Shown here: positions 11,338 to 24,353 of the stretch, in pieces
Layout: each line of letters starts with the position of its first letter
Numbering within the stretch: position 1 is the stretch's first letter
Origin: Spongospora subterranea f. sp. subterranea
Lineage: Eukaryota
Assembly (NCBI GenBank): GCA_049724395.1
Contig: JAUGWO010000097.1
Span: 124,001-188,000 of the forward strand
Direction: 5' to 3'
DNA: 64,000 nt
The notes under the pieces: model-generated
The model's input: only the letters and a program-made list of their open reading frames with translations
Told to the model about the DNA's origin: nothing
Database searches by the model: none
Made by a program: the position numbers and the translations under genes

Positions 11338-13704
11338 CTAAAAATCTAGCGGAACTCCGTCTATTTCATCGTCATCATACTCCTCGGCAAGATTCCCTTC
11401 TGCAGTTTCACACAGTGCCTGGCCATCGATGTCTTCATCACTGTCTGAAACAAGCGCTCGATCGACTTTCCCGCTGAATTTGTCCTCAAGTTCGGTCATG
11501 AAATCTGACGGATACAACGACCACGACCTCCAAATTCGCAACACGCGAACGACTTTTTCTTTCATATTTTCAGCTGTTAACCGGCCGTCAATCCCGAAAT
11601 ACACCTGCAATACATTCAGTGACGCTGCCAAGTTGCTTGCCCAGCCAGGTACCTGATGAAGCCTATCAAAAATGTTCACTAGATGATTTTGGAATTGACA
11701 TCTGAAATTCCAGGCATTGCGAACGGTTGCTGACGAAGAATTATGTAGAATATCAGAGACGAGGTATAGCATACTGATGACCTTAGGAATAATTTCACTG
11801 GATTTGCCGGACCTTTGACTGTGTAAGAGGAATGATCAAGAGGTCTAACGCTTCGCTTACGTTTGAAAACGCTCGTCAATTTCTGCGACAATATCACCGG
11901 AGAAGTCTGCGTGATCCATGGCAAACCCCATTGTAATGGCAATCCGTCTTCTGTCTGTGAAGAAAAAAAAGGTTAGACTTGTCAAAATAAGAACCCCCTC
12001 CGATGCAACCTGTAGTAAGGGAATCAAGCAGCTCTCGTAACTTTTCCTTCGAGGAGGAGGACATTAGCGACTTTCGTTTCACGGATTCTGGTTTGGGGGT
12101 CACTAGATGTCCAGACGGCGGTATCCAAATTGGCCCATGATATGTCATCGCGAAGGGCGAGGAGCGCCAAGCTTTCATTGAATCGCCTGAATAAAACGTC
12201 TGACAAAGTTCCAGCGAACACATACACAAGTGCGAGCAACCTTGCGATAACGAATACACTTTCCAACGGTAGTAAATATGGTCAGCACTGCTGCGGTCGA
12301 ACAAAAACGCCCAGTCCGGTTGCTCCTCCATTATTGCACGCTATCAACAAAAAAAACTGTCAGAAATCGGATTCGTTATCTTTAACATGTTATATAACAA
12401 AATTGCCTATAACACTTCCTTTGTTTACCTCAAAAACGACACCATATCGAGCAGTGTAATCTGCAGTTAGGTCAATCCGGTTTCGAACGTCTCGGTCAAA
12501 GGGCATGATAACTGTAATCTTGCATTGCTCTTTAGAAATGCTGAAGGTCAGATCCAAGTTAGGCGCCATGTCTGTTTTTTGAGCTTGGATTGTTGACGGC
12601 ATTAGTAATGCAGATGCAGGCTGAGGAACAGCTTTGCCCCAGTTCAAACGAAACGGCTGTCCTTCAAATTCGAAACCTGATTAAACAATCGGAAACCCAA
12701 TCCAGTACCATGAAAACACTGAATAACTCCCACCTTGAAGCTCTCGAAGTGCATCAGCGGCGTCTTCTCGATGCATAAAAGAAACAAATCCACATTTACT
12801 CGCAGTAGATCTGCTAAATTCTTCAGTGGTGCGAGGCCACATAACCTATTCAGTCAAAATTTACTGAAGCTCTTCGAAACAATTTCCAGGAAAACACGGG
12901 ATTACCTTAACAGAACCAATCGGGCCATATTTTCCAAATTCAACTAATAATTTAGTTTCGTTCACCTAAAACTTGATATTAGCGGCAATATCTGTTTTTG
13001 TATCTCGACATTATACGGTAGGAGCGAGATTGCCGACATAAAGATTAGTCGACTGAACATCGCCATCTCCTGCGTGAGAACCTGAGACATAGACTAAACA
13101 CTATGACCACAAAGATCGAAGTAGAACAATACCTCGGATTGCGGGGGTCGAATACTGATGTGCTCGCGGAGGAGGTTCTAGCTTATCATGCTCAGCCTCT
13201 CTGCATTCAACACATTCAAAACCATAAATTCGTTAAAGTTCGATTTCCAAATATGCACTTTTTCAGTTGCTCCAGGAATACATCGATATTCTTCGTTTTC
13301 TTCTTTTTGGCAAAAGCAGTTACGGATTGGATTGGAGGTTCAATTGCCGGGGTAGTTGGGAAACTAGTTTTTAAGGGAGTGACGGGAGTCTCTCCGGCTT
13401 TAACAAATCTCGGTTCATTGGTAGTTTCGTCCTGGTCAAACGAAGATACAAAACTCGCATATATCGCAGCTTCCTCTTCGGCTTCCCTCTAACGAACATT
13501 TCCATTGTGAGCGACAGCATTACATGTGCCAACTGGAAGGCAGATATCAATAATACCTTCTTTTTTTCTTCCAACTTGCGTTTTTGCTCTTCAAACGGAT
13601 TAAGAATCAGCCCTCTCGGTTGATTAGATCGATGCGATTTCTGCGCTCTTGAACTTAGAGTCGCTGAGCGGTTGTAGTAGACGTGTATTTACCGATTGCC
13701 TCAT
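11338..13704 (-). CDS. U2SURP: U2 snRNP-associated SURP motif-containing protein (SR140-like; RRM-SURP-CID); multi-exon
   Basis: RRM region (TNLYVGNL, INWGKAV), SURP (IDLTADYTARYGVVFE; FLFDRSSADHIYYRWKVYSL), CID (LYLVSDILHNS...FRCQFQ...VLRIWRSWSLYP) and C-terminal DIDG/EIDGVPL. The start is approximate. Confidence 0.85.
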
Positions 13705-14954
13705 GATTCTATAGGAGTTGGCGGCGCGTCGCTTGACGACCTTGGAATTGTTGTCTGGTGTAGCGCACCCCCTTCTCCTATCAGTTAATGCCAATCACCG
13801 ACACCACATGGGAATCCCCTCCCGTGCGGACTTTCACCCCCATTCCATGAAAATCATGGTCTGCTGATCGAGGGGAACATGACACAGAGGGGCGAGGGCC
13901 GCAAATGGGCGCCAACAATGGGAGGAGCTGAGATAATGCAGCATGATTTGGGTGTCATGGCGAGACCAGACTGGGCGGAACTAGAAAGAAGACCAATTTT
14001 TCAGCCTCGAAATGGTAGAGCAAGCAGGACCTTTTGCGTTGTGATTTCAAAAAATCATATCTGCCTGGTGTTCCGGCTTTCCGAACTGTTAAATAAGTTT
14101 CAAAAGGTCGCTAACATTTTATCTCAATTTTTGTTCAAAGAAACGATTTCGGACAATTTAAAGATCATTTTATGAACCGGTAACGGTTTACATCGTTTTC
14201 TTAATCGGCTGACCCCAAATCACCAAATGTTTACGCTCACTGTTCAACGTTTTTTGCCTCTAAATGCTAATATTAACGAAACTTGTCATGGCTACCAATT
14301 CAACGACGAAAACGAGGCAAGATATATTATTGCGCCCAGTATCCCTCAATCCACATATTGGAACGGAACCAGCATCGTTTACAAATTTTTTCATCTCTCT
14401 TTCTCTCTTTCAATTGATCGCGCCAATGTCGACATCGATGCAACATCGACACTGTAGCTAAGATCAGCACAACCCATGATTTTCTGATAAACAATCATTT
14501 TCCAATTTTTTTCGGCTTTGGAGGTTTGACCAATTTTGTCTGCAATTTTCGGTGTAAAGGTTTAGCTTAACCTTTACCAATAAAATGGCGATATTTGGCA
14601 TGTTCCGACAGAGATCAGACGGTTAACTTGCCAACTCCCCTCTGGTATTGTTGTACGGCACTTCGAGACTTTGAATTCGATGGGCGATTCTCAAAACCGA
14701 CAACCAACAATCCAGGACGTCCATTCGCGCCAAATCAATGGGTTGAGCGGCGGCAACGGGTTCACTTCAGTAGCAAATACAATGTCATCAGTGCAGTGAT
14801 GCAATCAAGGAGTGCACAACGTTACGGTAACCCATCACCTGTGTCCTGTAAGTGATCTGGTAGTGGTGGTGCGGGGCTGCGTGCCCCGGTATCCCCACCC
14901 CAATCCACTGTAGAGGAGATTCGAAATCCAATCTCCATTCCCAAAAAACAGTCA

Positions 14955-16906
14955 ATGGATCGTGTCAAGGTATTACTTGGCCAGACGAATTCCCATTCCG
15001 GCCAAACATCAACCCATAGACCGGTCATCGTTGGAGGCTGTCGCACACCGTTCGTGAAATCGTTCGGTTCTTTGGCAGAGGTTTTTTGTGCTCTCTGGCG
15101 GTTGTGTTCACCAAAAAACATGAGGTTGTTTTATCAGGTTGATGCGATAGGATTAGGGGTCTGCTGCGTTCGAGAACTTCTAGAGAGGTTTCCTATTGCT
15201 CCTGAATTGATCGATGATGTAATTTGGGGAAATGTTGTCGTCAAATCGTCGGCGCCAAATGTCGCACGAGAAATCGTACTAGACTTGAACTTACCGCGAT
15301 GCATTCCTGGTAGTAACATTCGATCTACACCACCCATAGTTTATCCAATAATTTTGCTTACTTCTAGGCGTTACTGTATCTCGAGCTTGTTTATCAGGGC
15401 TTCAAGCTATTGAGATGGTTTTGCTTCGTCCTTGATTTGGCCGCTGACGCAATTGATAGTTGAGTTGCATCAGGGGATTGCAATGATCGAAAGTGGTCAT
15501 GCTGATATTATTGTCGCTGGTGGAGGTGATTCCACATCAAATGGAGAGATGCCGCTTCCCAGGTTCGTGGAACATCCACTTCGAAGTCGGATCTAACGGT
15601 GTACGGTGTCGCAGCCATGTCACCAGGGCATTAGGCAAATATTCTCTAGGAGGAGGAAAGAAGGCAGGCTGGACGGGTGTCAAAACGCTGCTTCAAGAAC
15701 TTGGCAATCCCAATTCTTGGATTCCGAAACCAAACGAAATAGCAGAACGTTCAACTGGAAAGACTATGGGCTACCATTCGGACCTCATGGCTGAAATCAA
15801 TATGGTTTCCAGGTAAGGGTAAACTTTTTGAATTCATTTTGCCTCTGTTTGATTACTCCAAGGTCGGAACAAGACAGATTCGCTGTTGACAGCCATGCAA
15901 AGGCATCAGCTGCGGAAAAAAAGGGTTATTTACGGTCAGAAATAGCGCCTGTAAAAAATCTTCAAAGCGAGATTATCAGCAAAGATGACATCATAAGAGG
16001 CAAAATATCTGTATCGCTTGAGTTGATTTGTTACTTTGTTAATTGTAGTATTTCCAGAATCAATTGATTTAAAAAAGTTGTCGTCCTTGAGTCCCGCGTT
16101 CCGTCCTGAATCTGAGCATGGAACTGTCACTGCTGCCTCTGCGTCTGCTTTAACAGATGGAGCATCTGCCGTTCTTCTTATGTCATACGAAAAAGCCAAA
16201 CAATTAGGTCACTGTGCCGAAATACTTTATATATTCCATTAGTCACTCCAAGATGTTAGGGTTCGCAACCGATATTTCAATGGTGGCGTTCGCTACCTGC
16301 GCTGTGGATCCATATCCTCAGCTACTGATTGCCCCTGCCATTGCCATCCCAAGGGCGCTTCATTTGGCTGGTACATCGACTCTTTTGCCGAAACTGCTTT
16401 TCAAAAATTCAGTTTAGGCCTAACTCTCCAGGATATAGACATTTTTGAAATTCATGAAGCCTTCGCATCTCAGGTAGCTTGTGATCTAAGAATATGTGTC
16501 TTGATTGTATGAAAAAAAATTGCAGGTACTTTCCACCCTGCGGGCGCTGGAGTCAGATAAGTTTGCAAAACAATGTATGATCCCACAGCACGTAAATTTG
16601 CTGCACGTTGTTCAGCCGTTAGCGTAGTCATCGGCGTGCCAAATGCTATAGGCAAAATTCCTCGCGATAAAATCAATCAATGTGGGGGTTCCATAGCCTT
16701 GGGACATCCTTTTGCTGCAACTGGGGGAAGGCTCGTCATATCCGCAAGTAATCAATTACGACGATCAGGTTATCAACGTGATGTCGTTTTCTGGTTCTCT
16801 TCCGTTTGAACATGACTTTTTGCAGGAAAAAAGTATGCCCTTTTATCCATCTGTGCTGCAGGTGGCATTGGGGGGCGTCGCAATCCTGGAACATCGAGTT
16901 GAATAA
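14955..16906 (+). CDS. 3-ketoacyl-CoA thiolase (trifunctional enzyme beta / FadI-like); multi-exon
   Basis: Motifs [27 protein letters not shown] (active Cys), [42 protein letters not shown] and ICAAGG. There is an apparent extra G in a homopolymer near 16870. Confidence 0.93.
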
Positions 16907-17036
16907 ACCATCTGTTGCATGAATTTCTTTGAAAAACGAGAGTGTCATGCTTCGATTACCGTGAAGTAAAAAAAATTCTTTTTAATTAAAGTCAAAATGA
17001 CGGGTCGGTTTATAAAAGTATTCGATATCTTTCAGC

Positions 17037-17630
17037 TCAATTTATCGATATCGGAATCAGTTTTTCGATATGTAGAACTTCACATTCCTCGGCAATGATG
17101 TTAACAGATTGTGCAACCTGGGCAGATGGCACTTGGACACGAATGCGAGAACTTCCAATAAGTCTAACGTCCGGGAACGTTATTGCGATTAAGCTTTGAT
17201 TGATCGACTGTTGAATGTCAAGGAGCCGTTGCCCTGTACGGTTTGGATCGTCAGCAAGCATAACAATAAGAGTCGCGGTCATTTCGTCATCGGGGTGAAG
17301 AACAGAATCCGCAATACTGGCAGTCGGAATTACGTCCACAGATTTGACTGCTGAAAGCCGACTAACTTGATCACGCTCCTTCGCCGTCAGCAGTTTGACA
17401 TAAGAATTAGGAGGAATAAATTCAGTTAGTGTCGAATTGACTACTTGCTCAGCCTTGATACGTTCGGCCCCAATATCCTCAACACCATCCTTGAACTTAA
17501 CTTGACACACCAGCTTAAAACTGACGTTTTTTCCAGGTAGTGCTGTGTTCTCACAGCGCAGGAACGAGCGTGCTGAATCCGCTGTCCACAATGCGTCCAA
17601 ACATAAGAAAATAAACAGTAAATAGTGCAT
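17037..17630 (-). CDS. Secreted stand-alone subtilase propeptide-like protein (197 aa), putative protease inhibitor/chaperone
   Basis: Intronless ORF from ATG 17630 with a signal-peptide-like start (MHYLLFIFLCLDALWTADS). It is colinear by eye with the propeptide of the subtilase at 510-3792 and has no catalytic domain. Confidence 0.75.
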   Translation of the reverse strand: MHYLLFIFLCLDALWTADSARSFLRCENTALPGKNVSFKLVCQVKFKDGVEDIGAERIKAEQVVNSTLTEFIPPNSYVKLLTAKERDQVSRLSAVKSVDVIPTASIADSVLHPDDEMTATLIVMLADDPNRTGQRLLDIQQSINQSLIAITFPDVRLIGSSRIRVQVPSAQVAQSVNIIAEECEVLHIEKLIPISIN

Positions 17631-17862
17631 CAGTTGATTTTTGGCCGATTTCCTAGTCTTCACTCAGTACAAAATATTGTTGTCATTAGTTGTACCTCCA
17701 TATCGATCATTACTCCAATCGTATCTCTTTTTTAAGCAAATAACGTCAGAACTGAAACTGAATCCTCGTTTCATCGATTTGTCGGTTTGTAATGAGAATA
17801 TCATCGAATGGTTCCTTTGCTGTTCAGGAAAACTTCCGTGCAACAATTAATCATGACGATGT

Positions 17863-19036
17863 TTATTGATCTGAGACGTCATCGTCCGTTGTGCCAATAA
17901 TATAGGCTGCTGAAGACGACGTTGTAGAATGTATTCGCTCTCGAAAATAAAAGTTGGGCGTATCTTCACTTACATCTGTGGTGTCATCGTCGCTCTCGTC
18001 GTAGTTGTAGATGGCTGGATCTTCCTGGTCAAACGGCAACGATGACTGATAGTGATAATGGGATCTCCTGATATCCGCCCTAAATAGAAGCAAGGAATCG
18101 ATGGTTTCTAAGGAACGAGTAAGCGGTTGCAATGTCATTGAAGCTGATGGTCCATGGATAGGCGCTCGGCAGTTAGGGCATGACCTTGACCCATATGGCT
18201 TGGACAACCACTACGTGTCGGAAGACATTGTGGAAGGTTAAGGAAGATAACTGGATAATACGTTGACATACCTGATTTAGACAATCTCTATGGAATACAT
18301 GTTGGCAAGTTAATACCTGGCATAAATGGTGTTAGAGTCAGTTACTGCAATGTTACAACAGGGCGGCGTATCGTCGTAAACAGTGCAGTTTGTGTCGTGC
18401 ACGAGCAGTGCTATTGGTAGATTAGTCCGAAGTGTCACAACATTCTCATCTAGCATCAAAACATCCGTATGCAAATCTGGGCCAGAGCTGTAACGTTGCA
18501 TCGATGTTTCCGCATAAAACAAGCATTGGTGGTCTTGCTGTTTTGAAGTGCAAGTACCATAAACGATTGCAAGTGACATAAAGGAGTGCAAGTGACGTAA
18601 ATGAGGGCAAGTGCAATAAAAGAGTGCAAGTGACGTAAATGCATGGAGCGTGTGCGAGTTTGTAGTTATTAATCGCATTTCTTACCCGACCGACTTCACT
18701 GCAGGTGTTCATGACTTGCTCAATACATATTGAGCATATCAGTTTATCCTGTGAGTGGTCATTGATGACAATGGGTGCTGATGATGTGGAGGGCGCAGTC
18801 GGGTGTCGAACTTGCAAAGCGTTCCGGCGTCGTTCGAATAAGAACCTTCGTGGTTCGGTAGTATATGATGAGGAAGCTGAATCAAGTGCATTTAACGGCA
18901 CCTCATGTTCCACATCTTGTTCGGATTCGTAATTTTGTTGATACACACGTGGGAATGGAAGATTGTTCCTTCCTGTAGGTGATGTCATTGACAGTCCATT
19001 TAGTAATGGCCGTTGAGAGTAGCCCTCCTCACGCAA
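17863..19036 (-). CDS. RING-H2 finger protein (putative E3 ligase); multi-exon
   Basis: ICSICIE ... TCQHVFHRDCLNQ|WLSKPYGSRSCPNCR, joined across a GT-AG intron at ~18210-18270. The start is uncertain. Confidence 0.75.
18547..18645. repeat. Short imperfect ~18-19-bp tandem repeats (tgcaagtgac core), probably intronic
   Basis: Six occurrences of the gcaagt core at ~18-20-bp spacing. Confidence 0.6.
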
Positions 19037-19806
19037 ATCGAGAGCCTAGTCTGGAGTATTCCAGAACCACCTTCTATTGATTATTGATTACCATTACCTA
19101 GGTTGTAGATGACATGGGTAAAACTTTCCTTCGAGATGTAGAATATAATCGTAAAACAGTCAATACGACCCGGGAATATATCAATCGACTCCAATTCACT
19201 CTCAAACTCAGCTTATCCGCTTGATCTGTTGTTGACTGCTTTGCAATCATCACTTTTACTTCAACTTCCTTTAGTTGGCGCATTGAAACTCACAACAATC
19301 GTGAAATTGTTTCGAGGATGCCAGTTTTGAAAGTACTCTAGGATTGATCTGCAATAGAGTTATTATGCATTGCAATGTCGACAGTAAACCTGGTCACACG
19401 CTAGATACTGCCGCTTTCGAATCAGATTGATGGGAGTATACAGAATACGGTTAACCCCTACGGTAGTCCATTATTGAAATGTGGGAGAATGTTACAATTG
19501 ATTGCATTTGAATATAGCGACGAAAATCACCCTCATTATCGCAAGGGCGTGATCGTCTTGGTAATCTGTTCGCCAAACTAGATATTGTACAGCCTGCACA
19601 ATCAACAAAGCTAGCTGGTTTTGTAAATCGACAAAAACAGAGGCGAAATACTCTGCTCAATAGTGACATCAATGCGGACACCACCCCAAGAACGCTACTT
19701 GATCAACGAATCACGTTTTTGAGATCAATAATTGTCCGAATTTTACTCTGCCTTGATCGTGTTGGGCTGGATAGAATCAAGTTGGAATTCGAGAATCAGG
19801 CAACAC

Positions 19807-22800
19807 ATGAGCTCACGATTGTACAGGTATATAGTCAATGAGTCAAACTTTCAACAATATCGCTCTCAACATTCCATCGTAGTTCGTTAGCTTTATAATT
19901 CGCATGATCGATGAATCAGGTGGCGATATATTCTCAGATTTACATGTGGATAAGATCAAGATAGCACAGGCATTGGCTGAGCTGTTTGATTCAATGGATC
20001 TTAACGGTAATCGCACCATCACAACTTTTCCCCTAAATTGCATCGTCGCAAGCACCTTATCGTTTTCACCTCATCATAGGAAGTCATACCATCGAGTTCT
20101 CTGAATTTTTGGAGACCTGTATCCATTGGGGCCTATCGTCGGGAGGTGGGATTGAATCCCGTCAAGTGCTGAACGATCCCATACCAAGCTTCTCGTTGGG
20201 ACCATCATCTCGAATCGGCCAACGAGCCGCCAAGATGCAGCTATCTTATATAGAGACAATCGACCAGGTGCTGGTGTTTGAGCGAACCGGCAGAAGGATC
20301 ATGCTGATGGTAATATAGAATCATCCGACATGGGTCGCTATGGATCAAGCAATCCGGTAATAGGATCCTGACCACCTTCGAGTCTGTCGTACCGTCTCTG
20401 TTCCAACCAGGAAGATTACAGCCATCGAATACATTCCTTGCGATTCCCGGGGAGTTGTTAAGAAGTTGATGGCTGTGGCAGCAGGCAGAAATATCACATT
20501 ATGGGAAGGGTTGCTAACAGGAAGGTGCTCCACTATTCAAATTTGCCAGCTCACCAATCAGTTAAATCCCCTCCACAGATTTGCATGGCATCTTGAGATT
20601 GTCACAGTCGCCCCCATATCATCATTGAAATGGATCATGCACTGTAGTCTGCTGGTTGGAGCTGGTTCTAACGGGACCCTTTTCGCATGGAATCTCGACG
20701 GGAGTTTGATACGCCAGATCACTGGACATTCCTGCAGTATTACTGTACTGTGTATTGTACCCGATTCTGATCAGGTTATACCGCCTTTCCAACACTTCCA
20801 ATCCACTTTTGACCGCCTTGTTGAGGATTCAGATTCTCTCCGGCAGTACTGATCGAAGTGTTCGTCTACAGAGTTTGACTCGGCGTAGGATTCATGGGCG
20901 AACCTACACTGGCCACAACGGAGCTATCGTCTGTCTTGCTGTGAACAACGAATGCAATGAGTTCGTCAGCGGATCGAATATCGGTGAGATATTCGTGTGG
21001 AGTCTGACGGATTCCCATATGCTTCATCAGTAAACCTGATCGCCATTCAGCTTATTGGCGAATGATCTGAGTCATAGCCCTTTTTTGTTAGAGTTTCAGG
21101 TCATTATCGGTCAATTGCCTTCATGGCATACGTTTTGGGATCAGCTGAGTTCATATCGGGCGATGAATCGGGTATCTTTTGTTCATTCGCAATTCGATTC
21201 ATTATCTGGTTCCTGATCGACTTGAATAGGAAAATTTTTCGTTTGGGATACAAGATTGTCGTTCTCACACATCCAAACGATCGATATAGACCATATTGGG
21301 TGTAATTTTTTCGGGTCAACGATATGTCTAAAACGGGATACACGCCTGTTAATACCTTCAGATCTCGGTCAAACACCATCTCAATCACGATATCGACAAT
21401 ATCAGAAATATTGTTCCTTGGCACAGATATCTTGAGTTGGGATCAGAAAACGCAGAGCAAACTGATGCGAAGGAAGCGTGAAGTGATCAATCAGGATGAA
21501 TTCCTGATATTCGGAGCATATGTGGATCATGCATGCGTTTTCATAACCGCTACGTCGAAAACAGGTTGGATTTGTGCAAAGAACGGGAAAGAGATCACTA
21601 TATGACAACACTATCATTGACAGTTCGGTTCTGGAATGCCCTGACGGGATGTCTGAAAGAGCAATACGATAATTTGATGGACGATTATGAAATATCGACA
21701 ATCTGTCTCGATACGACAGAGCGGAAGATGATCGTTGGTGATTGCACTGGTCGTATACATATATTCAATGCGATTTCTGGTATCGTCGCCATATCTTCAA
21801 CAATTTTACATTTGATGTTGAAATTCTCCACTTGACACGCAGGTGGAATAATGAAGAAGCTCGATCGGCACCATGGAGAGATACTAGGTTTACAGTATGT
21901 GGTTTTGCCGAGGTAAGGCGCAGGCAACCATTACCCGCCTTGGCTTTAACGATCGTGAATCCGCAGCAAAGAGCGATTGGTGATATCACTGGGTCGAGAT
22001 GGAAGGGTTAAAGTGCATGATGAGCATAATCTACGGCAATGCCCAATCCGATTAGATCAGGATTTGATCCGGATGGGTCTGTCGGATCCTCATTTATTGA
22101 CAGCTACATCGGATCTGGCAATGGTAATTCCACATTCGAATGTCGCATACAAACAACACCGCCTTACTCGTTTTAATTAAATTGGCTTTTGTAAAAGATG
22201 GCAGTCGCTGATCCATCTGGTCGCATCCTGGTCTGGGATCTTCAACTGGGAAAGATTAACCACAACCTGAAAGGATATGGTACTAAAAGAAACCCCCATT
22301 CCAGAACAATTTAGTTGATTGCAGTGTTGATGGGCTGGCAAAGGTGGAGTTTCTTGTCTGGAGTTCATGAGCCCGTACTCCCTGTTGGCCATTGCCAACG
22401 GCACACGATCTGTCCATATTCTGGAGTTACGCCCAGGTGTATTGGCCGGGCGTTGCCTGGTCACAATCAGCAATGAGGATTGCGACGTAATCACCTGCAG
22501 ATTTAGTCGCCGTGATCTGATCATATACACTGGGGATTCTGGAGGGCATGTCGCGGGATACAACGTTAGAGGAATCATGGACAGTAATAATATTGGATTA
22601 ATTCAAGAAAACAACAAACAGGATCGGTAACCAGTCTCGATATCGCTGCGTCTTGGTGGCGTTGACAACAGCGAAATTTGATTTAGGGCTCACGAACAGA
22701 TGAAAGCTATGATGCGTCTGAAAACAATCAAGGACGTTATCAATCAGGCACGAGAGACAGCTATATATGGATTACCACGGCCGGTGGTTTATTGTGTTTT

Positions 22801-23629
22801 GCATTTGATCTTGGGGTTTCTGACCCAACCGTGAATGGTCGATAGGTTTGGTTCAAGGCATTAGATAAAGCTGTTGTTAGTCTGGGAATCATATCGGATC
22901 CTGAATCACTATGCGTTCGATCATTTGGTCCGCATTTAACAGTGCTGTCAACTTCGGGGTCCTCCCTTGGAATTGTCGGTACCTTCGATATATGTCGTCG
23001 TTCAATCCAGAAATTCCAGTGGCTGTTTCGGGTAGGATAACAACGATTAGATTTCAAGAATGACACAACGACTGGCTCAGGTCAATACAGAGAAGAGGCT
23101 GCGGCAAGCCAATATCGTAGCCGATCAGGTATTACAATCATTGGCCGCCGACGATCAAAACAAAATCGAGTCCGACATCAAAGCCAGATGCACAGCTCCA
23201 GCACCGCTAAATATGGGTATTGGTTCGTAGAACAAACTATTAATAGGTATTGATTGCCGTTCAGAGAGAACGGACTGTCGGAGAGGCAACAGAAATATCG
23301 AGAAACCAGTGTTCATAACGCAGAAATTCTCCAAGGCGTTCGAGTGTGATCCGGATCCAATAATTCCATCATCTGAGGAAAGGAGCGCCAGGAGACGGGC
23401 TAAGAAGGGTTCGGGTAAATCCCAGAAGATGTTTGTTCAGAGTCTGGGAGACACATCTACTGAAGAACCAGTACCGATGCGATCGAACTCACCATCGGCA
23501 GTGAAGTATCCTCTGTCCATATCTCGCACGATATCTTGTAGTTCACTTCGGAAAAATCCCTTATCCTCTGTTAACCCGACGAAGTTCCTATCGAAATCAT
23601 CCAGTAGCAACATGATAAGGAATATCTAA
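19807..23629 (+). CDS. EF-hand plus WD40-repeat protein; multi-exon
   Basis: ELFDSMDLNGN..EFL (EF-hand). WD segments include GTLFAWNL..TGHSCSIT, ILSGSTDRSVRL..TGHNGAIVCL, VRFWNALTG and MIVGDCTGRIHIFN. Regular ~55-nt GT-AG introns. Confidence 0.75.
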
Positions 23630-23744
23630 TGGTATCTTGCGAGATATTCCGGTCTGCTATACAAACTTTTTGACTCCAGGGCACAAATCATAATGTATTT
23701 CTTATCTATCGCGTAAAGTGCACAAATCCAAAACTCTCTAGGGC

Positions 23745-24353
23745 TTATTCGGAACCTTTACCCTTCAATACATCTCCCACCTTATGCACTACATTTCCTG
23801 CAGCGCCGGAGGCTTTTTCAAACAAGGAGGGCTCTTCATTGACCGCCCCAACCTTCTCCCCGATACTGGGCTCACGAATGCTCTCCTCACCCGACTTCAT
23901 CGTGCCGCTTAATTTCCCTTTGGCCTGATCCAGAAGGCTCGGCTGGCCTTGAACTCTTGATTGGCCTTCGCGAACGGATTCCTGAATTCTTCCGGAAGCA
24001 TGCTCACCCTCTCCTCGAAGCTTCGACATTCCCTCCTGGAACGAACCCTTGATCTTTTCGGTTATTGAAGGCTCTTCTCCGGGGAGCTTGGACTCTCCTT
24101 CATGCAATTTCTGCTTCGCAGACGACGAGACGTCCTCGCTTGTTCCTCGAATCTTGTCCATCCCTTCCTGAAAGGTGCTTTTCGCTTTCTCCGTTAAGCT
24201 TGGCTCCTCTCCTTTGATCTTCGCCTCACCAGCATGATAGGTGTCCTTGGCTTTATCAGTGAGGCTCTCCCCCTCTAACTTCTGACGGCCGGCATGCAAA
24301 GTTTCAGCCGCCTTCTGCTTGGCACCAGCAAGGTATCCTTGTTCGCCCGACAT
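23745..24353 (-). CDS. LEA-like hydrophilin (202 aa, intronless)
   Basis: Rich in K/E/G/S with no Cys or Trp. Repeated amphipathic motifs EPSLTEKAK / EPSITEKIK / QPSLLDQAK / EPSLFEKAS. Confidence 0.75.
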   Translation of the reverse strand: MSGEQGYLAGAKQKAAETLHAGRQKLEGESLTDKAKDTYHAGEAKIKGEEPSLTEKAKSTFQEGMDKIRGTSEDVSSSAKQKLHEGESKLPGEEPSITEKIKGSFQEGMSKLRGEGEHASGRIQESVREGQSRVQGQPSLLDQAKGKLSGTMKSGEESIREPSIGEKVGAVNEEPSLFEKASGAAGNVVHKVGDVLKGKGSE

